DNA from: Prorocentrum cordatum | Lineage: Eukaryota | Assembly (NCBI GenBank): GCA_963575745.1 | Contig: CAUYUJ010000067.1 | Span: forward strand, 1 to 64,000 | Reading direction: 5' to 3' | DNA: 64,000 bases | In this document: positions 37,541 to 47,561 of the stretch, in pieces | Position numbering within the stretch: the first letter of the stretch is position 1 | How the letters are laid out: each line of letters opens with the position of its first letter | The notes under the pieces: model-generated | What the model saw: the letters and a program-made list of their open reading frames with translations, nothing else | The model's database searches: none | Told to the model about the DNA's origin: nothing | Translations under genes and position numbers: made by a program

Positions 37541-40500
37541 TCACTCCAGTACCGTAGGGGACGAGGGGAGGAGAGGTGAGACGGCAGCAGAGGGGGAGGG
37601 AGGCGACTCCTCGATCCGTCCTGCCGAGCACAAAAACAAAAGCGAACCAGCGGCGGCGGCTAGGCGCGGCGGCGGCACAACGCACGCGCATGTACTGCGC
37701 ACGCGACACCGCTGGTCCCTCCTGCGGTGGCGCGCCCGCCCCGTCAGTATCTTGATGAGCAGCATCTGGTGGAACAGCTCCAGCAGCACGGTCGGAGGCC
37801 TGGCGCTGGGCCTCGTCCATGCCCGCTGCCGTGAGGCCCACGTTGCGGACAGGGCTGATTCCCCGCGGGGCCGCCGCTGCCGCGGCAGCAGCTGGGTGGC
37901 GGGGGCTCCGCCCCGACTCTGAGGTGAGAGCGGTGAGCCCCCGCCGAAACCCGCCACAAGGTTCTTGACACGGTACTTGTTCTTGAACGGGTCGAAGGTT
38001 GGCGCCTCGTCGATGGGGACGATCACGCGGGTGAGCAGCGGCGGCTCGTGGTCCGTGGACGGCGTCGGCGAGAGGTCGACCTGGCCAGGATCAATGACGC
38101 TGGCTCCGAAACGTGGCACCACTTCGGGGGCTCGGCCATCGGCCTGAGTCTCGCGAGGCGGCGAGCTCGTGGAGCTCCCTGGGGCCTTGCGTGAACTGTG
38201 GCGGCTGCAGGTCCTGCTGCGCGGGACGCGCCCGCCCGTGTGGCGGTCGCGTGGCGAGGTCGCCTGGGCATTAGCGCGCTCGGAATCCGCCCTGCTCGGG
38301 GATCGGATCGGCGCCGCGCAGGGTGATGGGCTGGGCTGGCGAGAGGCGCTTATGCCGCCTTCCGCCGTGGCTGTGGCCTGGTCGGGGTCGACCGCGTCGG
38401 GGCGGGGGCTGACGTGGTGGGCGCTTCCCTCGCTGTGCCGCGGGGAGGCGCTGTGATGCGCCTGGATGTGCGTGAGGACGAGCGGGGTAAGCGGCTGCCT
38501 CTCCCGCTCAGGTGGGGCAGGTTTTGCCTGGGCAGGGCGCAGTGCTGCAGCTACGTTTGGCGGGGGCGTGTGCTGGCGAGGTTGCCGAGCGCGCACGTTC
38601 GCATCACGCCATCCTTCGGGGCGCCCAGTCCTGCCACGGTTTGTTGCAGCCCCCTGGGCTGAAGCCGCAGGGGTTATCACTGCGGGCTGGTTGCTGGAGG
38701 AGCCATCCTGTCGGCCTGAGTAAAGGCCCCAGGCGCGCGTGGACCCTGGCACTGGCGAGGTGGCCCTTAGGGCCTGCACGGGTGCACGCGGGTAGCCGAT
38801 GACCGCTGGGTGTACCCTGGCATGGGGGGCGTGGCCGTAGCTGGAGGCGGCTGCTCCAGCAGCCGCGGGCCTGGCGCCTATGGGGCCACGGTAGTAGGCG
38901 GCAACCCCGTCGTAGGCCGTGTTGCCGCCTGTCGGGACTCGCGCAGGGGAGCGGTAGCGTGGCGTGCCGTGCTGTCCTGCGTCACGTTGGTCCCGCTGCT
39001 GGATGCGCTGCTGGTGCTGTTGGTGACGCTGCCAGTCGGCTCTCGAGAGGGGACGGGTGTCGGGGAGGATGGTGGGCACGTCGGGCCGCTGCCAGCCCCG
39101 ATAAACGTGCTCGAAGGCGTGGTCAGGGTAGGTCCTCCCCTACGGGTGAGTATCGCCGCACATGCTCCATGTAGTCGATGTTCTGCGGCTCAGCGATCGC
39201 CGTGATGTTGACGGCTCGCTGGTGCGCTGGTCCATAGAGGCAGAAGCTACCACGGTTGCTGCGGTCGTGGTTTAGCTCGGCTTCGGTCGTGGCACGGCTC
39301 ACCATGGCGTCGCAGAGTCGCATGTCGTAGTCGAGGGCTTGAGGCCCAGGACCACCCTCGGCGTCCCAGTACAGTACCACATCTCGCCAGCGGGTGCGGG
39401 TAATGTGGATGCGCTCGGCGATCAACTCGCAGACGGTCCTGACCGTGACACGATCCCTGTACATGTTAGTAATGGCTAGGGAGTAGGGTCGGCGGACCGT
39501 CTTGTTGAAGGTGAGTTCCTCCTTGAGGGCCTGGTGGGGACTGAAGAGCACGAAGCCTTCCCTCCAAAGCGGTTGGTCGGGGGAAGGTTCTTCGGGCATC
39601 CCCGTTCCTGTGAATCCAGGTGGCCGCCTTGTGCCGTCAGGCAGTCCCTGCCTGGGGACGCGCCGCGGCTGCGGTGGGAAGTACCATTGACCCTGGTAGC
39701 CTGCTTGCCCTGGTTGTGGAGGTTCCCCCCCGGGGCCTGAAGGCGCTCGGGGGGGTTCCTTGAGGTCGTGAAGGGCTGGCGCGTTGCCGAATTGGCGGGC
39801 AAGGATGTGCGGCGGCATCCCTGTGGCACGGACGTCGAGCAGGTTGTGTGGCCTGGGGGGGTGGGGGCACCTGCTGGACAGGCAGCATGTGTCGGAGTCC
39901 CTGTTGTTGGTGCTGTATGCACACGTCCAACTGTTGCACGAGTAGTCCGTGGACCAGTCCATGAGTGTACGCAGTCCGCTGCGGCCGCAGTCTGGGCACG
40001 TTGGTTGGCCCGAGGTGCCGAGCTGCGTGTTGCGGCGAGCCGCACAGTACTGACAGCATTGGAATCGACACTGTAGGCAAGACCAGCGTCCTGGTAGAGG
40101 CGGGAGCGCATGCTCATTTGTGCCTGGGTCGTCTGGGTGGGGTCTCGGGCGGTCCCACAAGGGCCAGACGTCAGCAAACCAGGATTGGCCTGTAGTGCGG
40201 ACAACCTCGGCGGGGAGGCGTGCGTCCTCGGCATGGCACCTGATCCACTGGGGCCCCATGTCCGCTGGTACCATGACGGTGCGCCAGGAGTCGTCCGCTT
40301 TGACGTGGACTTGGGTCGGTGCCCAGAGCTTAGTAGTGGTGTCGCCGTGGTCGTGGTGGAGGATGACCCAGCCGTCACGCCCGTCCACCGCAGGGTCAGT
40401 AACGCGGTGGCCCATGACTGTCGTCCCCCACGGTAAGTAGGCACCATCGTGGTGATCACCAGGGTCGAGCCAGACCTCGATGCCAGGGGCATTGACACGG

Positions 40501-43500
40501 GACCGCACATCACGAACGTGGTAGGCGAGGACGTGGTAGGCAGTCGGCTCCTCCTCCGTCACAATGTGCTCCCACGTCTCGATGCCGCTGTTGTCTGAGG
40601 TGGAGTTCCCGTCACTCTGTCGTGACGAGCGAGAGGCAGATCGTCGTGGACGGGCACGGCCTCGGGCGAGGGCGGCGGCCGCGCTGATGAGGGAAGGCGT
40701 ACGGCGTTCGTCGACTCCAGATGACGTCGATGAGCGGTCTGGACTGTACGCTAAGGCTGTGCCTGACTTGTACGTGCGAGGTGGGCCCGACGCGGCCCCA
40801 GGGCTGGAGCCGCTGGGGCGCGACCCGCGTGCGTCAGGGTGCCCCCGCACGGGGACAGCTTGCAAGCCAGTGTACACCAGGTCGATGAGTGGTTTCGGGT
40901 CCAGCTGGAGTATGTGAAGCGAGACGCGTGGGCGGGGCTGGTTAGGGTCATCCCTGGTGGCTGCTTCCGTGTCGTAGTGCTGTTTGGCCCATGCTCGCGC
41001 TGCCTCTGGCGCGTATAGCGCCTGCGGCGGTGGCCATGCTGCCGCGATGGCTGGTCTGCGCCTGGTGCTAGCTTCCTGGTCGTGAGCTTCAGCCGCCTCA
41101 CGGAGATCTGGATGATCGTAGCCAGCGATGTGGAGGGCGTGCGCGCAGTCGCCCATGCCATAGGCGTGTGGAAGGGCACGGCACCTGGAAGCAGCTTCTG
41201 TGGGGGCGCACCAGTCCATGCGGATGAGGAGGCTCAGGACCCGAGGGTAAATGAGGCGCGCTCCGTGGGCCTCCCCTTTCACGTAGTTGTGCCTGTTTTC
41301 CCCGCGCGGTGGTTGGGTGGCCTCGCACATCCAGAGTGCGATGGGTCCCCACGCGAGGGTGTCATCTTCGAGACTGTAAGGCGGGTGGGGCGGCATTGCG
41401 TACCACGCGGCCAGCGAAGGGTGCACGCTCGCGTACGTGCGGCCAACGTTGGTGCCAGTTCGGCCCTTCGCTTCACGGCGGGGGCCTGGCAAGAGGTGCC
41501 CTCCACTGGCAGCAAGACGGGCCGCAAGGTCGCCGCGGGTCCCATGCCAGAAGACAGTGGGCGCGTCGGTGATGGGTTGGCGGAGGTCCCACGTGAGGTA
41601 TGGGAAGATTGTCTCGCCCGAGTTCCCGCCCGAGTCTTCCAGCACCCAAGTGAGGCGGTTCGGTGGCCTCTGCATGATGTCCGTCCACGGCCCCAGCGCT
41701 TGGAGTGTTGGATCATGAGTGAATCGAGGATGGTCGTGGAGTCGTAGAGCGTCTTTGATGTCCTCTGTAGACACGCCACTGTTCCCTAGCGCAAAGCCGT
41801 TTTGATACAGGGCGTTAAGTATGCTCTTCGGCGGCTCGGGGACCGCTGGGTCGCGCTGGATGGTGTTGCGTAAGTTGCGTGTCGGTGGCTTGAGGGCAGT
41901 GTAAGGCGTACCAGGGCCTGAAGGCGCCTGGGGCCTGTCGGGGGATGCATAGCGTGCTCGCCGTCGTGGTGGTTGGGTGTCCGCGTCGGGGGATGAACCA
42001 CGAGCGTCAGCGTGTCGGAAGATAGACCACGGGCTATCATGGGTGCGCTCACGCGTTTCCCTTGCCTCGGTGTCGCTGCCGTGTGCTGTGGCGTCCTCGT
42101 TAGTCGGTGGGTTACCGAATGTTGGGCCGCTCTTGGAGCCGTCTCGTGGAGTCGGGCTGGTCGATCTTGGTGTGACAGACGAGGCTCGCGATACGGCGGC
42201 GGTGACTTCGACGATGGCGGCGGTGGTGGCGGTGGTGACGTCGGCGACTGCGGCGGCAACTGCTGCGGCGTAGTGTTCCTGTAGCAGCGGATGTCGGAGT
42301 GCGTGCACATGCTGGTCGTCGTGTTCGTCGGCGAGCGTGCACGGCATTTTGTATGTGACCTCGTCCCTCGGCCTCCTGCTCGGTTGGCAACAGCGGAGGC
42401 ACCACTGGGCAGTGGATGAGTCCAGGGCCCGCGCACAGATGCGGGCTCCAACGTGTCCGACAGCTCCCTGGGCAAGAAGTTTGGCACCGACGAGTAGAAG
42501 ACCACACACGACTCCACCCGTGGCAATAGCCCCTAGCTTGCCGCTGGCCCATTTAAGGACACCCCCGAGGCCGACCCCGACTGCAGTGGCTCCGCCCGAG
42601 ACGCTATCTCTGAGTTTGACGCTGGTCCATTTGAGAGTGGCCCTCAATGTGGACGTGACATTGTATGTCGTTTTGCGTCGGGGTGTGGTGGACACCGATG
42701 GGCCTGGTGCCGTCGCTTGGCGTCGTCGTCGTTGTCGGTAGCTGGGGTCTCGGCTCGGTGTCGGCAAGTACCCGTCGATCTGGTCCTTGTACGGCATTGC
42801 TATCGCGATGACGTACGTGGCCACCAAGAGGCAGATGAGGCAGCCACAATGTCGTGATGCCGCTGCGCTGTGCTGGGGCTCGTGGGGACCGCTGGCATCT
42901 GGGTACTCATCATCGATGGGATCGTTGTCGATGTCGGCCTGCCCGTGGTCAGTGGCACTGAAGTTGGAGTCAGTCACGCTGTCACGGTGCACGGAGGTGA
43001 AGGGCGTGGTGCTGCCACCTGCGGTATGGGGATGTCCAGGTCTAGCCAGTGGTGCAGCGGGGCTGAAGCCGCCACTGCACGGGCTGGCATGAGCTGGCGA
43101 TGCTGTGGAATGGCTTGGCACGTCAGCGGCAGTGACGCCTTCAGCGTCGTTGAGCCGAGCGCTGGGGTCGGCCTGAGCTGAGGTGTGGGGCGGACTGCTT
43201 TGCAACGAGGTGTGCCCAAAGTAGGGTTCACTGTCGCGGTCACTCTGGGCCGAGTTGCCTGGTGGTATCGTGCCGTCTCGATCCTGGGTATCGATGCCGT
43301 CCTGGCTATCTTCCGACGCGTGGAACGAGTCCATGGATGTGTTGCCGATGTCGCTGGCCGCGATGTGCTGAAGCAGCCATGATACAGGGTCATCTGCGGC
43401 CTGATCGGTGCCGTCCATCGGCGCCGCGGCGAGCTCCGCCTCGACGAGCGGCAGCATGTCTGGCGGTTGGTGCAGGATCACGTCGGCGAGGTACGCCATG

Positions 43501-44377
43501 GCGTCTTGGTCGGGTGGAGGGAGGCCTCTTGGCAGCAGAGCATGGGCCCGTGAGAGGTATGGCGGCAAAGGTGCCGTGAAAGCCTCAGGGCCGACGAGAG
43601 TGGCACGAGCGCCCTGGTATTCCAGAAGGAGGCCAAAGTAGCGGGTGGCGTACTCGCGGCTGCTCTGGATACGAGTGAGGTTGCGGTTGATGCGCTGCCT
43701 GTCGGGGCCCGCTCTGTGCCAGATGTCCTCGCACATGTCGACCGCGGTGCGCTGACGCAGGGCGTCGGTTGTGTCCTCAGACTCCTCCTGGAAGAGGTGA
43801 TCGTACTGTGGCAGATGGAGCGTCGCCAGGATGTATGGGACGCAGTCCTCGAGCCATGCCCAGAACATGTCCTGGTGTCCTCACCTGGTGCCCACGCCGC
43901 AGCACACGGTATGAGCCGGGCGCGGATCATCATCAGGTGCCAGAAAGCAGGGTCCTCCTCAGGTTCGCCCCTATCGCACAGGGGAGTGGTGAGACCCGTA
44001 GGGCGATAGCGGGGCACAACAGCGGGGCTGAAGCCGCCACTGTGTGTCTGGCCAATGCCGCACGGACCCGCGGCAACGGTGCCGTTCACGATCGGGTCCA
44101 AAATGGTGCAGTGATCGTACTTGTAGATGCTGTCATCGTAGAGGTAGAAAAGGGTCCCACGTTCAGCGTGTCGCAGGAGAAACTCACCTCCATGCTGGGG
44201 CGCACCGCCTGAAGACGGGTGTGCTCCAGCGAGCGAGGGGAGGGCCAGGCTGCAGGCAAGGCGCCACATGATGGCGAGGCCTGGCGGGCGGCGCGAGCGA
44301 TGAGCCAAAAGCTGCATGTCAGCACGCATCCTTAGATACCCCTGCATGCTCATGTACATTGCAACAAACACACCCAC
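37541..44377 (-). CDS. LINE-A accessory coding region (segments 43478-44377, 39123-43868, 37541-39079 joined by frameshifts); PARP-like ART motifs, putative SH3-like, Cys-rich and Ubl-like segments, hydrophobic segments
   Basis: 1581 aa uninterrupted ORF with non-repetitive sequence; FWHGT...GRTYAS...AAWYA motif series. The neighbouring ORFs join it by small indels. Confidence 0.65.
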
Positions 44378-44530
44378 AGCAAGATGACAGGTGTCCCTAC
44401 ACCAGATAGCTTGCTCGTGCTGCTGCCAAAACTGACATGATATAACAAGAAAGAGATACGGGGCAAAGTGAGAAGAGATGCCTCTGAAGGCGCTTCCTCG
44501 GAGGGCTGAGGCAGGCTCTCTGAGGCACCT

Positions 44531-47101
44531 TCAATAGGGTTCCTGAGTGGCCCGACCCTTGTCTTTGCCTTTGTCAGCCCCTGGGGGCCCCGTCCCTGGG
44601 GTGACCTGGCCTGGCTGGTCAATCCACCCGCAGACAGCCACGGGATCGGCAACTGATGCAGCTTCCTCCTTTTTGGTTTCGAGGGTGGCCACCTGTGGCA
44701 GGTGGATGGTGCCCCCCGTGAGGTGCCCGAGGAGGGCCTGGATGTCGCCACGCAGTGCAGCAGCTTCGGTAGTTGCCGTCTGTTGCTGAGTGACGACGGT
44801 GGCAAGCCCTCGTTCCAAACCTGAAACGTGCTCCGTGAGTGTGGCCTGGGATGAGAGAACGCCCGCAAGCTGGACCTGCATGTTATCCACCGTGTTGGCA
44901 AGCAGCTCGTGCTGTTGTTCCATGTGTTGGATGCGGGTCGTGGCGGCATCTGACAGTTTAGGGGCCGTAGCGAAGCGTTCGCCGAGGGTGTTCAGTTCGC
45001 GAGATGCCACGCTGAATTCGTCCCCTGATGAGAGGATCTCGACGTCGTCATCGTCGCCTGGTACCTCGGCGGCTGTGGCAACGTCCCCTTCCGTGTGGCC
45101 CCCGCCTTCAGCCGCCACCGTGCCAGGTTGCGGGTCATGCCCACCTGGTCCTTGGACGGCCGTCTGCTCGGCAGCTCCATCCGTGCCGTGCGGGGGTGCA
45201 GAGGAGCTGCGGCCTGGGGCGCCGTGTGATCTTGCGTGCGGCGTGGCGTCGCGTTTCCCGCTGGAGGATCGGTGGCGCTTGGCTAGAGGCTCCTCCTTGG
45301 GGATCGGGAGCGGTGCGACGCCCTTGCCTTTGGGCGTGGCAGTCATGAGGTCGTGGAGGTAAGGGCTCTGGGCCGCTTTGGTTAGGAGTGTGCCCGTGGC
45401 GGGGCTGAAGCCGCCACCACGGGCTGGCGGCGTCACAGGCTCTGTGATAGTGGTAGGGGTGACAATGGTAACGTTGTCCCTCTTCGGCACCACCTCAGCC
45501 AACGGGGCCTCGGTGATGCTCCACGGGATGGGGCACCCTGCGACCTGTACCGTATATGTGGGTGGGGGACGATGGGCGCGCACTAAGGCAAACTGAGCCG
45601 AAGTGGCTGGGTCCCAGGCGGTGTGGTAGACCTCACAGTCCCATTTGACGGACGGGCCCGTGAGAGTCTTAGCAAGCTGGGTCAGCGTGGCGTGGCGTGC
45701 CGCAATGCCAGTGATGCGGTATCGCGTCTTGGCGAGGGTGGCTTCACAGCCACGGATGCTGACGGCAGCAGCCTTGGCGGCGTCTGACCCTCGTGCAACA
45801 CGGATCCCCAATAAGCCTGACTTGCCGTGCCTGACGACTCCTAGGGCCTTGAAGTCCACCGACTTCTGGAACGCATCTGCCATCGTGATGGGCTGGTCCT
45901 CAGGGAACCACACGGTCTGGTACTTGTCTGCAGTGGGCTCGTCTGCACCTACGTTGCTGAGGTCGTAGGTGGCGCCGAGTTGCCCTGAACCCGCCAAGAC
46001 CTTGTCAACCGCTTGAAGACTGACGCCGAAGGTGGCAGCCAGGGACCTCTTTCCGACGCCCGATCCATACCTGCCTAGGCTTTTGCAGGGTTCGAGGATG
46101 GTGACGGCTTTAAAGTTGCCGTGGAAGAGGGCCTTGAAGGTGTCCTGGAGCTGACTATCAAGCTCCTGGCGGCGAGCGTCTTTCTTGGACTCCCTGTGCT
46201 TTTGGTTTTGGCGCGCCTTGTCCTGTGGAGCGGTGTCCTTTCGGAAAGGACCCTTGGCGCGTGGACCACCGTTCACGGGGGCACCTCCCGAGAACTGATC
46301 CTCGAAGGCCTGATGCATGGAGGGGACTGCGGCGATGGCTTCGGTTTCATGTATGGTCACCCGAATCCAGCATACGTGGTCGGCAGGATCGATGGTGGCG
46401 ACGGCAACTTTTTCCGTGCAGGCGACTTCCTTGGTGCCCAGCTGGTACACGGTCACGGGGACGTGCGTGTGGACCACTTTGGGCGCCTTGGGGTGGCGCT
46501 TCAGCACGGGGACGGCGAGCTCGGTACCGACGTAGTTATCGTTTTTTGGGCCCATGACAGCAATCGCAAGCTGACCCGTGGTACGCTTACCCTGCTCGAG
46601 ATGGTGCTGCAGCAGCCGTTCACCGCTCTCGTAGTCGTGGAGGCTGATGCTGGGCTTGTACGTCTTGCCGTCATCGAGTGATGTGGGTTCGGCCAGGACT
46701 GGGACCTTCCAGAAGGCCGGGTCCAAGGCAATGAATTGGGCGTCCGCAGCCTGAAGACGTGCGGACGCAGCTGGTGGGTAGGGTGTGTCACCACCACTGC
46801 GCTTAGGCTTGCTGCGCTGGTGGTGATCCAGCGTGTAGCTGATCTGGTTGGCGGCACACATGCGGATCAAGGCACTGCCGAGCTTCTTTGTGTTGGTCTT
46901 GTGCATGTCGTACGTGGCCTGCAGCTCGTCCGCGTTCAGCTCGGCGAGCCCGTTGTATGCGGCCGTGGGGCGGTCAGACCCCGCTTGCTTGAAAGCTGCA
47001 ATGCAGTCCTGTTTGCGTTGGAGGAAAGACCCTTCAGCTGCAGGACGTGAGCTCGGCGGCTGCTTGGAAGAGCGACGGCGCTCCGGCTTGGCGGGGGCCA
47101 T
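44531..47101 (-). CDS. LINE-A ORF1 (~856 aa, putative nucleic-acid chaperone with C-terminal coiled coil)
   Basis: Intact ORF from ATG 47101 (MAPAKPERRR), 70 nt from the element's 5' end. Heptad-like segment IQHMEQQHELLANTVDNMQVQL...LRGDIQALL. First ORF upstream of pol. Confidence 0.75.
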   Translation of the reverse strand: MAPAKPERRRSSKQPPSSRPAAEGSFLQRKQDCIAAFKQAGSDRPTAAYNGLAELNADELQATYDMHKTNTKKLGSALIRMCAANQISYTLDHHQRSKPKRSGGDTPYPPAASARLQAADAQFIALDPAFWKVPVLAEPTSLDDGKTYKPSISLHDYESGERLLQHHLEQGKRTTGQLAIAVMGPKNDNYVGTELAVPVLKRHPKAPKVVHTHVPVTVYQLGTKEVACTEKVAVATIDPADHVCWIRVTIHETEAIAAVPSMHQAFEDQFSGGAPVNGGPRAKGPFRKDTAPQDKARQNQKHRESKKDARRQELDSQLQDTFKALFHGNFKAVTILEPCKSLGRYGSGVGKRSLAATFGVSLQAVDKVLAGSGQLGATYDLSNVGADEPTADKYQTVWFPEDQPITMADAFQKSVDFKALGVVRHGKSGLLGIRVARGSDAAKAAAVSIRGCEATLAKTRYRITGIAARHATLTQLAKTLTGPSVKWDCEVYHTAWDPATSAQFALVRAHRPPPTYTVQVAGCPIPWSITEAPLAEVVPKRDNVTIVTPTTITEPVTPPARGGGFSPATGTLLTKAAQSPYLHDLMTATPKGKGVAPLPIPKEEPLAKRHRSSSGKRDATPHARSHGAPGRSSSAPPHGTDGAAEQTAVQGPGGHDPQPGTVAAEGGGHTEGDVATAAEVPGDDDDVEILSSGDEFSVASRELNTLGERFATAPKLSDAATTRIQHMEQQHELLANTVDNMQVQLAGVLSSQATLTEHVSGLERGLATVVTQQQTATTEAAALRGDIQALLGHLTGGTIHLPQVATLETKKEEAASVADPVAVCGWIDQPGQVTPGTGPPGADKGKDKGRATQEPY

Positions 47102-47168
47102 TGCGGCGGCCACTCTGGTGGGGGGGGATAAGAGGTGACGCGAATCAGTAGGGTCCTGCTGGGACCCC

Positions 47169-47171
<3 letters not shown>

Positions 47172-47229
<58 letters not shown>
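47172..47229 (+). repeat. (AG)n tract at the 5' flank of the giant LINE
   Basis: Directly visible. Confidence 0.95.
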
Positions 47230-47233
<4 letters not shown>

Positions 47234-47561
47234 CAATTACCTGCGTCGAAGCTACGCAGCGGAGAGCAAGGCAGGCAGGGGTGAGCACCGTCGCCGGCAA
47301 CTCCGACTGCACAAACAAACGCCTTCGCGAGCACGAAGCGCAACCTCCTGCCGGCATCTGTCTTCGCCGCGTCGAAAGAGGGGGGCCTGCCGCGCGCTGT
47401 CGGTCGCGCTGCGCCGCGCGTCAATGAGCGTTGAGCGCGTGGGCCACTGGCTGCGCGCAAGGACCGCGCGAGGGGCGCAAATGGGCTTTTTGCAGTGCAC
47501 CGCTGACGAGCAGGCTCCAAGGGCAACGAGTTGCCTGGGACTGGAGGCCAGGGCAGAAAAT

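Larger units (their letters stand above)
31214..47171 (-). mobile_element. Giant (~16 kb) non-LTR retrotransposon (LINE-A) inserted in an (AG)n/(CT)n tract
   Basis: Bounded by (AG)n on both sides. Co-oriented minus-strand ORF1, accessory ORF region and pol. One hairpin motif recurs along its whole length. Confidence 0.85.

Noticed and set aside
47102..47171. HDV-like or hammerhead ribozyme in the LINE-A 5' UTR
   Set aside because: Only a simple GGGUCC/GGACCC hairpin is visible; I could not fit the nested pseudoknot or the CUGANGA/GAAA core by eye.
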